From: an uncultured Ruminococcus sp.
Lineage (GTDB): Bacteria; Bacillota; Clostridia; Oscillospirales; Ruminococcaceae
DNA length: 62,850 bases
NCBI GenBank assembly: GCA_902797535.1
Contig: CADBTD010000054.1
Span: 1 to 62,850 of the forward strand
Direction of reading: 5' to 3'
Both the position numbers and the translations under genes were made by a program. Shown in pieces: positions 49,178 through 57,964 of the stretch (position 1 is the stretch's first letter; every line of letters starts with the position of its first letter). Below the pieces are notes generated by a model. It was not told where the DNA came from and searched no databases. It worked only from the letters and a program-made list of their open reading frames with translations.

Positions 49178-49228
49178 TAATGGCAATTGTATCCGATATC
49201 GGATAAAAAATAATAAGGAGAAATTAGC

Positions 49229-50005
49229 ATGAAAAAAGATGTAAGAAAGGCTATAATCGCCGGAAACTGGAAAATGAACAAAACTCGTCCCGAAGCTAAG
49301 GAGCTTCTTGAAGCAATCAAGCCTCTCGTGGCAAATGCTGACGGCAAGGTCGAAGTCATCGCTTGCGTACCTTTTACTAACCTTGAAACTGCTGTTGCAG
49401 CTACCGCAGGCAGTAATGTAAAGGTTGGCGCTGAGAACGTTCATTTCGAGAAGAGCGGTGCTTTCACCGGAGAGATATCTGCTGATATGCTCGTTGAAGT
49501 TGGCGTTGAATATGTTGTGATCGGACACAGCGAAAGAAGACAGTACTTCGGTGAGACCGACGAGACTGTAAACAAGAGAACTGTTGCTGCACTTAATGCG
49601 GGTCTTAAGCCTATCGTATGCGTTGGCGAGCTCAAGTGGGAGCGTGAGTGCAATATCACCGAAGAGGTCATCGCACGTCAGATCAAGCTTGATCTCTGGA
49701 GCCTTACTGCTGAGCAGGTAAAGAATGTTGTTATCGCATATGAGCCTGTTTGGGCTATCGGTACAGGCCTTACTGCTACTCCCGATCAGGCAGAAGAGGT
49801 TTGTGCATTTATCCGTGCACAGCTTGCTAAGCTTTATGATGAAGCAACTGCTGAGGCTGTGACTATTCAGTATGGCGGTTCTATGAATGCAGGCAACGCT
49901 GCTGAGCTTCTTGCTAAGCCCAACATTGATGGCGGTCTTATCGGCGGTGCTTCACTTAAGGCTCCCGATTTCAATACTATCGTTCAGGCTGCAGTAAACG
50001 GCTGA
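49229..50005 (+). CDS. tpiA: Triosephosphate isomerase
   Basis: AGNWKMN, GAFTGEIS, GHSERR, AYEPVWAIGTG, YGGS, IGGASL. Confidence 0.98.
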   Translation: MKKDVRKAIIAGNWKMNKTRPEAKELLEAIKPLVANADGKVEVIACVPFTNLETAVAATAGSNVKVGAENVHFEKSGAFTGEISADMLVEVGVEYVVIGHSERRQYFGETDETVNKRTVAALNAGLKPIVCVGELKWERECNITEEVIARQIKLDLWSLTAEQVKNVVIAYEPVWAIGTGLTATPDQAEEVCAFIRAQLAKLYDEATAEAVTIQYGGSMNAGNAAELLAKPNIDGGLIGGASLKAPDFNTIVQAAVNG

Positions 50006-50341
50006 TACGATACATAAACAAATATTATGGGACACTTCGGTCAGACTGTACTGTCTGCACCGGAGTGGCTTTATAATAATCATTTATTATCCCTGCATTC
50101 CGTGCTTATAAAAAGCTGTAATTTTTTGAGTCACGAATGTAATTGTTTTATGTTGTTTAAAATGTAAATTGCTCTGCGGTTGAGTTCGTGATCGCACGAT
50201 TGAATTTCATGTCCATGGACTTCTCCGTGGCAGGGCAGAGTTTTTCATATTTTGATCAAAAGCCGTGATCATTGTATAAAAAATGACCCTGTTTTTGTAG
50301 CAGGGTATAATATTTGATCATATTCGGTAAGGAGAATAATT

Positions 50342-51865
50342 ATGTCAAAAAAACCTGTTGCACTTATCATCATGGATGGTTTTGGTTATAATCCCGACAG
50401 CTATGGTAATGCTATAGCTGCAGCTAAAACACCTAACCTTGATAAGTATTTCGCTTCATGTCCTCATACTCTCATCGGCGCAAGCGGACTGGATGTCGGT
50501 CTGCCTGACGGTCAGATGGGCAACTCTGAGGTCGGTCACACAAATATCGGTGCAGGCCGTATAGTATACCAGATGCTGGTCAAGATATCCAAGGATATCA
50601 AGGATGGTGTGTTCTTTGAGAACAAGGCTATACTTGCAGCTATGGAAAACTGTAAGGCTAAAGGCAGTGCGCTTCACCTGATGGGTCTGCTTTCTCCGGG
50701 CGGTGTACACAGCCATATGGAGCACCTCTTCGGTCTGGTTGAAATGGCTAAGAAGAATGGCCTGGATAAGGTATATATCCATGCATTTCTTGATGGACGT
50801 GATGTTCCTCCTTCTTCTGCAACAGAGTATATGGAGGAAACTGTTGCTAAGCTTAATGAGATCGGTGTCGGCAAGGTAGCGACCGTTGCAGGCCGTTACT
50901 ATGCAATGGACAGAGATAATGCCTGGGACAGAGTTGAGAAGGCTTATGCTGCTATGGTATATGGCGAGGGCATCAAGGAGACCGACCCTGTACAGGCAAT
51001 AAAGAATTCTTATGCTAATGAAGTAACTGACGAGTTCATGCTGCCTGCTGTTATTGAGGGCGGTGAGTCTATCAAGGCTGACGACAGCGTTATCTTCTTT
51101 AACTTCCGTCCTGACCGTGCAAGACAGATCACCCGTGCTTTCGTTGATCCTGAGTTTAAGGGATTTGAGAGAAAGAACGGTTTCTTTAATGTTAACTTTG
51201 TCTGCATGGCACAGTACGATGCGACCATGCCTAACGTAAGTGTTGCATATCCTCCCGAGCAGCTTGCGATGACTATGGGCGAGTATATATCCAAGCTCGG
51301 TAAGACACAGCTGCGCATCGCTGAAACACAGAAGTATGCACACGTTACATTCTTTTTCAACGGCGGTGAAGAAAGACAGTTTGAGGGTGAGGATAGAATA
51401 CTTATCAAGTCTCCCGATGTGGCTACTTTTGATATGAAGCCTGAAATGAGCGCATACGAAGTTTGCGATGCAGTATGTAAGGCTATCGAAGAAGACAAAT
51501 ATGATGTTATCATCCTCAACTATGCTAACTGTGACATGGTAGGTCACACAGGTGTATTTGATGCAGCTGTTAAGGCTGTCGAAGCTACTGACGAGTGTGT
51601 AGGCAGAATGACCGAGGCTATACTGGCTAAGGGCGGCGCTGCACTTATCACAGCAGACCACGGAAATGCTGATAAAATGATGGAAGCTGACGGCAGTCCG
51701 TTTACTGCGCATACAACCAACCTCGTTCCTCTGATCGCTGTAGGAGTTGAGGGTCAGCTTGCGCAGGAGGGCGGTGTACTCGCTGATCTGGCTCCTACTA
51801 TGCTGGACATCATGGAGGTTCCTAAGCCTGAGGAAATGACAGGAAAGTCTCTTCTTATCAAGTAA
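50342..51865 (+). CDS. gpmI: 2,3-BPG-independent phosphoglycerate mutase
   Basis: IIMDGFG, QMGNSEVGH, GGVHSH, DGRD, GRYYAMDRD, AETQKYAHVTFF, DMVGHTG, TADHGNA. Confidence 0.97.
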   Translation: MSKKPVALIIMDGFGYNPDSYGNAIAAAKTPNLDKYFASCPHTLIGASGLDVGLPDGQMGNSEVGHTNIGAGRIVYQMLVKISKDIKDGVFFENKAILAAMENCKAKGSALHLMGLLSPGGVHSHMEHLFGLVEMAKKNGLDKVYIHAFLDGRDVPPSSATEYMEETVAKLNEIGVGKVATVAGRYYAMDRDNAWDRVEKAYAAMVYGEGIKETDPVQAIKNSYANEVTDEFMLPAVIEGGESIKADDSVIFFNFRPDRARQITRAFVDPEFKGFERKNGFFNVNFVCMAQYDATMPNVSVAYPPEQLAMTMGEYISKLGKTQLRIAETQKYAHVTFFFNGGEERQFEGEDRILIKSPDVATFDMKPEMSAYEVCDAVCKAIEEDKYDVIILNYANCDMVGHTGVFDAAVKAVEATDECVGRMTEAILAKGGAALITADHGNADKMMEADGSPFTAHTTNLVPLIAVGVEGQLAQEGGVLADLAPTMLDIMEVPKPEEMTGKSLLIK

Positions 51866-51884
51866 TTTTATCAGGTGATGATCG

Positions 51885-51915
51885 TATAAGGCTGTGCTGA
51901 GGTGCAGCCTTATAT
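51885..51915 (+). terminator. Hairpin after gpmI
   Basis: TATAAGGCTG...CAGCCTTATA stem with weak T tail. Confidence 0.55.
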
Positions 51916-51926
51916 ATAAGACTTGG

Positions 51927-52010
51927 GTTAGCCAATACTAACTATTTGTGCATATTGTTTTATATGATTTTTTAGCAAATATGTATAACATAGGGTTAGC
52001 TATTGCTAAT
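51927..52010. promoter_or_regulatory. Two palindromic operator-like boxes upstream of gpmA
   Basis: GTTAG-CCAATA-CTAAC (51927-51942) and GTTAG-CTATTG-CTAAT (51995-52010). Confidence 0.6.
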
Positions 52011-52103
52011 TATATTAATGTTTGTCGTTATCGCTATTGCGAGAATATATAATTACAGAAGTTGCATGAACTTCTGTAAAAAATACGAAAGGAAATGATT
52101 ATC

Positions 52104-52853
52104 ATGAGCATGAAACTGGTACTTATCCGTCACGGTGAGAGTGAATGGAACAAGGAAAACAAGTTTACCGGCTGGACGGACGTTGAACTGTCTGAAAACG
52201 GAGTTGAAGAAGCAAAGAAGGGCGGACGTGCACTTAAGGAAGCAGGCTATGATTTCGATCTTTGCTATACCTCCTATCTTAAAAGAGCGATTCACACACT
52301 TAATAACGTTCTTGCCGAAATGGACAGAGAATGGCTTCCTGTAGTAAAGAGCTGGAAACTCAATGAACGTCACTACGGTGCTTTACAGGGTCTGAATAAG
52401 TCTGAGACCGCCGCTAAGTACGGAGAGGAACAGGTCAAGATATGGAGAAGATCTTTTGATATTCCTCCTATGGCATTGACAGAAGATGATGAAAGAAACC
52501 CTGCTAAAGATCCAAAATACAGAGATGTAGATCCAAAGGAACTTCCTCTTCAGGAAAGTCTTAAGGATACTATCGCAAGAGCTGTTCCTTACTTTGAGGA
52601 GGAGATAAAGCCTCAGATGAAGGCAGGAAAGAGAATTGTTATAGCTGCACACGGAAATTCTCTTCGTGCTCTTGTTAAGTTTTTCGATGATCTTAGTGAT
52701 GAGGAAATAATCGGAGTAAATATTCCCACAGCAGTACCGCTGGTATATGAATTCGATGATGATTTTAAGGTTATCGGTAAGGAATATCTGTGTGATCCCG
52801 ATGAATTGGCAGCCAAGATGGCAGGTGTTGCAAATCAGGGCAAGGCAAAGTAA
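52104..52853 (+). CDS. gpmA: 2,3-BPG-dependent phosphoglycerate mutase
   Basis: [39 protein letters not shown]. Confidence 0.97.
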   Translation: MSMKLVLIRHGESEWNKENKFTGWTDVELSENGVEEAKKGGRALKEAGYDFDLCYTSYLKRAIHTLNNVLAEMDREWLPVVKSWKLNERHYGALQGLNKSETAAKYGEEQVKIWRRSFDIPPMALTEDDERNPAKDPKYRDVDPKELPLQESLKDTIARAVPYFEEEIKPQMKAGKRIVIAAHGNSLRALVKFFDDLSDEEIIGVNIPTAVPLVYEFDDDFKVIGKEYLCDPDELAAKMAGVANQGKAK

Positions 52854-52866
52854 ATAATTACATATA

Positions 52867-52890
52867 CCGCTCCTTTTAGGGGCGGTTTTT
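52867..52890 (+). terminator. Terminator after gpmA
   Basis: ACCGCTCC/GGGGCGGT followed by T run. Confidence 0.75.
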
Positions 52891-52919
52891 CATATTGCAC
52901 ATTATTTGTGCATATAGAT
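52890..52919 (+). promoter_or_regulatory. Sigma-E-type sporulation promoter
   Basis: TCATATT-N14-CATATAGAT. Confidence 0.65.
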
Positions 52920-52936
52920 TATACTGAGGTGGTGCT

Positions 52937-53347
52937 ATGAGGATCAGGACAAAAGGTGGAAAGCCATTTTCTGATATGATATCTGTTATTCTGTCATCTT
53001 TAAGCGGTTTTGCTGCTGTATTTATTTTCATTCTTGCTGTCGGATGGTTGATGACAAAAATAGATATTTCCGAACAGATAAAATCATTAATTCTTTCACT
53101 TGGACTGTGTATTGGTGCTTTTGCGGGCGGCTTTATAGCATCACACAGAAGAAAACAAAGCGGTTTACTAATGGGTATTCTATGTGGGCTTTTGATGTTT
53201 GGAATAATATTTGTAATTTCATATTTATTCGCAGGTGCGGCAGGTGGATTCAAAGCCTCCACAAAACTGATAATTACACTTATCAGTGCCGGTGCGGGTG
53301 GGATCGCCGGAGTAAATACTCATGGGAGATGGTTCAGACTCAAATGA
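52937..53347 (+). CDS. TIGR04086-like membrane protein
   Basis: 4 TM, GGF...RRKQSGLLMG, GGIAGVN; family known to flank SCIFF loci. Confidence 0.8.
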   Translation: MRIRTKGGKPFSDMISVILSSLSGFAAVFIFILAVGWLMTKIDISEQIKSLILSLGLCIGAFAGGFIASHRRKQSGLLMGILCGLLMFGIIFVISYLFAGAAGGFKASTKLIITLISAGAGGIAGVNTHGRWFRLK

Positions 53348-53437
53348 AAATATTTATGTGACGTTCATATAAAATTCATATAATGCGGTTCGAAATATGG
53401 TATAATAAAGAAAATATGAGATACGGAGGTATGGACC

Positions 53438-53584
53438 ATGAAGCATATCAAGACCATCAACAAGGCAAACCTCAAGCAGTCTGCTGCTAAGGGCGGTTGT
53501 GGTAACTGTCAGGCATCCTGCCAGTCTGCTTGCAAGACTTCCTGCACTGTTGCAAATCAGAAGTGCGCAAAGGATGAGGATTGA
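53438..53584 (+). CDS. scfA: SCIFF six-cysteine ranthipeptide precursor (48 aa)
   Basis: Hand translation MKHIKTINKANLKQSAAKGGCGNCQASCQSACKTSCTVANQKCAKDED; RBS GGAGG; not in ORF track. Confidence 0.96.
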   Translation: MKHIKTINKANLKQSAAKGGCGNCQASCQSACKTSCTVANQKCAKDED

Positions 53585-53611
53585 TCTTAATTTGATCGTG
53601 CATAATCGAAT

Positions 53612-53638
53612 GGGACATTCCCCGAATGTCCCTTTTTT
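53612..53638 (+). terminator. Terminator-like hairpin between scfA and scfB
   Basis: GGGACATTC/GAATGTCCC followed by T6. Confidence 0.7.
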
Positions 53639-53664
53639 CTTTGTATATTGGAGGAAAGTTGAAA

Positions 53665-55035
53665 ATGATTCATAAGTTTATCCAGAACGGTATGTATATT
53701 GTTCTTGATGTCAACAGCGGAGGAGTTCACATCATAGATGAACTCACCTATGATGTTCTTGATTATGTTAGTGAACCTGTTCCTGATAAATGTCCCGAAG
53801 AGGCAATAAAGGCTTTAGCGGAAAAATATCCTGAGAATGAAATCGTTGAGGCTTTTGACGAAATCAGATCTCTTGCTGATGATAAGATTTTGTTTTCTGA
53901 GGATGATTACGAAAAGTATGCAGAAACTTCTGTTGCATCTCCTGTCAAAGCACTTTGTCTGCTTATATCTCAGGACTGCAATATGTGCTGTGAATACTGT
54001 TTTGCCAGCAAAGGTGACTATGGTAAGGGCAGAATGCTCATGGATCTGGAGACAGGTAAAAAGGCCATAGACTTTTTAATAGAAAAATCTGCTAACCGCC
54101 GTGCTCTTGAGATCGACTTCTTTGGCGGAGAACCACTGATGAATTTTAAAGTCGTAAAGCAGATAGTTGAATATGCCCGCGAACAGGAAAAAATCCATAA
54201 CAAAAATATTAAGTTCACCCTGACTACAAATGGAGTTCTTCTTAATGATGAGATAATCGAATTCCTTAATAAGGAAATGTATAACGTTGTTCTTTCGGTA
54301 GATGGCAGAAAATGCGTTAATGACAGAGTAAGAAAGACTAACAACGGAAAAGGAACTTATGATATTTTTATGCCTAAGTATAAAAAACTTGTTGAAGGTC
54401 GCGGCAACAAGGATTGGTATGTTCGTGGTACATTTACCAAATACAACCTTGATTTTACTGAAGATGTTATGAGTCTTTTCAATGAAGGTTTTGAACAGAT
54501 TTCTGTTGAACCTGTTATGGCGCCTGCTGATATGCCTTATGCTATTACTGAAGAAGATCTTCCGAAAATCTTTGATGAGTATGATCGTCTTGCTAATAAG
54601 ATCCGTGAGATAACTGCGCAGGGTAAATTTATAAACTTTTTCCATTTTATGATGGATCTTGATCAGGGTCCTTGTGTAATAAAGAGACTTAAAGGCTGTG
54701 GCTGCGGCAATGAATATGTTGCAATTTCTCCTGATGGTGATATTTATCCCTGTCATCAGTTTGTAGGCATTGATGAGTACAAAATGGGTTCGATTTTCGA
54801 CGGTTCATTTGATACTGATATGAAAAATGATTTCTCATGTGCTCATGTTTACTCTAAGCCTGCTTGCCGTGAATGCTGGGCCAAGTTCTATTGTTCCGGC
54901 GGATGCAATGCAAATAACTACTTATATAAAGGTGATATCCGTACCTCGCATGAGATCTCATGTGAGATCGAAAAAAAGCGTGTTGAGTGCGCTATAGGTC
55001 TTAAAGCAGAGAAAATGCTTGAAGATGCGGAGTGA
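53665..55035 (+). CDS. scfB: SCIFF radical SAM/SPASM maturase
   Basis: MIHKF...DVNSGGVH N-terminus, CNMCCEYC, DFFGGEPL, GPCVIKRLKGCGCG, YPCHQF, CRECWAKFYCSGGC. Confidence 0.95.
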   Translation: MIHKFIQNGMYIVLDVNSGGVHIIDELTYDVLDYVSEPVPDKCPEEAIKALAEKYPENEIVEAFDEIRSLADDKILFSEDDYEKYAETSVASPVKALCLLISQDCNMCCEYCFASKGDYGKGRMLMDLETGKKAIDFLIEKSANRRALEIDFFGGEPLMNFKVVKQIVEYAREQEKIHNKNIKFTLTTNGVLLNDEIIEFLNKEMYNVVLSVDGRKCVNDRVRKTNNGKGTYDIFMPKYKKLVEGRGNKDWYVRGTFTKYNLDFTEDVMSLFNEGFEQISVEPVMAPADMPYAITEEDLPKIFDEYDRLANKIREITAQGKFINFFHFMMDLDQGPCVIKRLKGCGCGNEYVAISPDGDIYPCHQFVGIDEYKMGSIFDGSFDTDMKNDFSCAHVYSKPACRECWAKFYCSGGCNANNYLYKGDIRTSHEISCEIEKKRVECAIGLKAEKMLEDAE

Positions 55036-55041
55036 TTTTTT

Positions 55042-55254
55042 ATGAGTATATTCAGGAAGGATAAACATAAAGGATCTGTTCCTGCTGATTGTTTGGGTCT
55101 TGAGGTCAGAATTGAGTCAAGTACTTGTACAGGCGAAAAGACTATCGGGTTTTATGACCCCGATTCCAGACAATTAAAGTACAGTGAGCTTGTTCGTTCA
55201 CAAACAGATGTAGATTCATTCTGTGAAAAATACGGTGTGGATCTTTCTGAATAA
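55042..55254 (+). CDS. Small hypothetical protein (CTGEKTIGF motif)
   Basis: 70-aa ORF coupled to scfB and followed by a terminator. Confidence 0.65.
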   Translation: MSIFRKDKHKGSVPADCLGLEVRIESSTCTGEKTIGFYDPDSRQLKYSELVRSQTDVDSFCEKYGVDLSE

Positions 55255-55271
55255 AATATAATATCAATTTT

Positions 55272-55308
55272 AAAGGACCCGTGAGCTGTTTTGACTCACG
55301 GGTCCTTT
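55272..55308. terminator. Bidirectional terminator
   Basis: AAAGGACCCGTGAG/CTCACGGGTCCTTT. Confidence 0.85.
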
Positions 55309-55318
55309 GGTATTTAGC

Positions 55319-57952
55319 TTAATATAATGCATGGATCCATTTTGCAGCGATCCTCTTCCAGAAACCAAGCATGGAGAATATCTCTTTTTTGGCCTTATAG
55401 AATATGATTCTTGAGTGTGCCGCTTCTTCTTCATCTGCATTATAATCGCTCATATATGCTGTGATAGCAGGCTCTGATAGCTGTATGAATACAGTACTTA
55501 ATCCGGGCGAAAGCTGTTCAAGGTCACCACTGAGACGAGATGACAACTGTGCATCAGTAAGATTTTCTGCATTGCTTATTCCCAATAGTGAAATATACTT
55601 CATAAATGCTGTGTAGCAAGATATTACAGATCTGTTTGGATCTTTACTATTGATATTTTTTTCGAGTTTATCAAGTTTAGTATGTCTTCGGACAGATATT
55701 GACAGAGCAGCAATTACGATCAATACAGCCATTATTCCCAAATATATAAGCTGGGTCCTGCTTATTGAAGATGGTCCGCTTTCTCCATCTCCTCCGCCAT
55801 CTTTTCCGTTTCCGGCATCGGTTGGGGGAGTGATCGCTTTTGAGCTGTTAACATTACTGTTCTTTGAATTGTCTGGTTTTGATGAAGAATCGTCTTTCTT
55901 TGAACTTGAATTGTTGTTGATGTCTGTTTTTGAACTGTTGTCTTGTTTTGATTCTGCATTACTTGAACTGTCATCGTTATGCTTTATGTTTCTTTCCTCG
56001 TCTGTAAGATTAGGATTATGACCCTCAGTATAACTGTTTGTAAATTCAAGAGGATACCACCCGTATCCCGGAATAAATACTTCACACCAAGCGTGAGCGC
56101 ATCGGTCAGTAACTTTTATATTTCCGTTTTCGTTTTCCGAGTATTGTTCCGGCTCTATGACATATCCTTCGACGTATCTTGCAGGAATACCAAGTTCTCG
56201 CATGAACATTACTCCTGCAGAAGCAAAATAGGTACAATACCCTTTTTTCTGCTCTGTTAGAAAATATGCAATAAAGTCGCTGCCTTCGGGAGTTATTCCT
56301 GGCGCGGTATCGTATTTCAGATTATCACGGAAATAGCTGCATACAGCATTGTATTTTGAGAGGAGTGTATGCTCCGATGTGACACCTATATTTTTAATTA
56401 TATTGTCAAGGACCGGTTTTAGATTATCAGGAACATACAGATATGATTCATCAAGATTTGAGAAAATATAATCATCATAGAATGTATATTCATTCTGATA
56501 GTATCCGTCGTGGGCATTTTCAATATAATAGTTTATTATTGAATTCCAGGTTTTAAGTTCGGGAAGTGAATATTCAAAAATGTTGTTTGATGATGTTTTT
56601 TGGGGAGATACCATTCCGTCGAAATCCTGTTCTTTGATATTATCACTTTTGAAGTATGCACACGCATACGGCGCATAGATAAGATCATTATTTGCATTTA
56701 TGTTTTGTATGCTGATTTTTTTGGTTTGAGCATCCGGATATAGATAATTGTTATACTGTATGAAGTCATAGTCAAGTATACTATATCCATCGCCTTTAAA
56801 TGCTTTCAATATGCTTTTATCTGCCCTTTCGGGATTCCATGCATTTGAACGATAGTTCTCGGCTGAATATCCGCGCAGATAAAGCGGCATTTTAAGAGGC
56901 TCCGAGACCTGAACTTTCAGTGAAGTTGTTCCTTTGAAGTGTATATCATTATACAGACCAAGTTTTCCGCCGTTTGTTCCGCCTACCGCTTTTTCTCGAC
57001 CGGGGATCTTTGCTGTACCGTTTTCTATTTTATCAGAGATATCCTGTGTAACGTCACGGAATTTCATTGAAAGATCACGGCGCATATCTTTAAGATTTTC
57101 GGGGCGGTAATTATGTGTAACCGCAGCAGTGATCGCTGTTACAGCAAATACGCTCGCAGTTATTATCAGCATAAATGCAGATGCGGAGCTGAAAAACTTT
57201 CTTTTAATGTTTTCGTTGGTAAGGTAAAATGTTTTCTTTTTTAAATATACAGCAAATGTATTGTTGTTTGTCCTCTTTTTTGTTGTATGATTTACAAGGC
57301 TTATAGAGAGAATAACTATCCAGCCTGCAACCATAAAAACAACAGTCCAGTTGTACGGTTCCCAGCCCCAAAACGTTCCAAGCTCAAACACTGGAAATGT
57401 TTCCAGAAACATGATCGGAAAATTTATGTAGTAAATACAGCATATAGACAGCATAAGCGTCAAAAGAAATGCTAATGCAAGTAAAAACGATTCGATCTGT
57501 CCTTGTTCAATATCTTTTATCTGCTGTGCAAAAAGAGGAGTGGAAAAATCCGCACGTTTTGAATATACATATACAGTGTACATGAATCCTTTGACTGCGT
57601 CGCCAATATTCATCACTATGTATATTGAATTAATAACAAGGCTGATTATTCCAATTGCTTTGAAAAATGGCTGTTTCATTGATGAGATCAGCGCAGATAC
57701 AGCAGTAAGTATTACTGCAAACCAGACTACTGTTCCGTTGGTTATGAGATAATCGTTAGTATCTCCGTTCAGAAAGCCCTGTAACATATATATTACCGAA
57801 AGGGCTGACATGATAGTTACTGCAAGCTGTATAACAGGAAAGAATGCAGAAGCCGGCGAAGAAAGGTTAAGGTCGACATCCGATCTGACCGATATGCCGC
57901 TTCCGCAATGGATCCTTCCGTCATATGCAGTGGATTTATTTCTTTTATTCAT
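55319..57952 (-). CDS. Polytopic membrane protein with transglutaminase-like domain
   Basis: N-terminal TM bundle, KGYCTYFASA, GIPARYVEGY, HAWCEVF-PGYGW, S/N/D-rich linker, C-terminal TM. Confidence 0.9.
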   Translation of the reverse strand: MNKRNKSTAYDGRIHCGSGISVRSDVDLNLSSPASAFFPVIQLAVTIMSALSVIYMLQGFLNGDTNDYLITNGTVVWFAVILTAVSALISSMKQPFFKAIGIISLVINSIYIVMNIGDAVKGFMYTVYVYSKRADFSTPLFAQQIKDIEQGQIESFLLALAFLLTLMLSICCIYYINFPIMFLETFPVFELGTFWGWEPYNWTVVFMVAGWIVILSISLVNHTTKKRTNNNTFAVYLKKKTFYLTNENIKRKFFSSASAFMLIITASVFAVTAITAAVTHNYRPENLKDMRRDLSMKFRDVTQDISDKIENGTAKIPGREKAVGGTNGGKLGLYNDIHFKGTTSLKVQVSEPLKMPLYLRGYSAENYRSNAWNPERADKSILKAFKGDGYSILDYDFIQYNNYLYPDAQTKKISIQNINANNDLIYAPYACAYFKSDNIKEQDFDGMVSPQKTSSNNIFEYSLPELKTWNSIINYYIENAHDGYYQNEYTFYDDYIFSNLDESYLYVPDNLKPVLDNIIKNIGVTSEHTLLSKYNAVCSYFRDNLKYDTAPGITPEGSDFIAYFLTEQKKGYCTYFASAGVMFMRELGIPARYVEGYVIEPEQYSENENGNIKVTDRCAHAWCEVFIPGYGWYPLEFTNSYTEGHNPNLTDEERNIKHNDDSSSNAESKQDNSSKTDINNNSSSKKDDSSSKPDNSKNSNVNSSKAITPPTDAGNGKDGGGDGESGPSSISRTQLIYLGIMAVLIVIAALSISVRRHTKLDKLEKNINSKDPNRSVISCYTAFMKYISLLGISNAENLTDAQLSSRLSGDLEQLSPGLSTVFIQLSEPAITAYMSDYNADEEEAAHSRIIFYKAKKEIFSMLGFWKRIAAKWIHALY

Positions 57953-57964
57953 TAATAGATCTCC

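Noticed and set aside
50205-50245. TTCTCCGT loop suggestive of an HDV-like ribozyme, or a yybP-ykoY Mn riboswitch before gpmI
   Set aside because: No P3/P1.1 pairing can be built and there is no GGGGAGTA-type core
50456-51712. 418-aa antisense ORF inside gpmI (similar ones inside leuS 11177-12148, pgk 46991-47488 and scfB 54076-54756)
   Set aside because: Shadow ORFs expected from codon bias of the sense genes; no RBS or recognisable motifs
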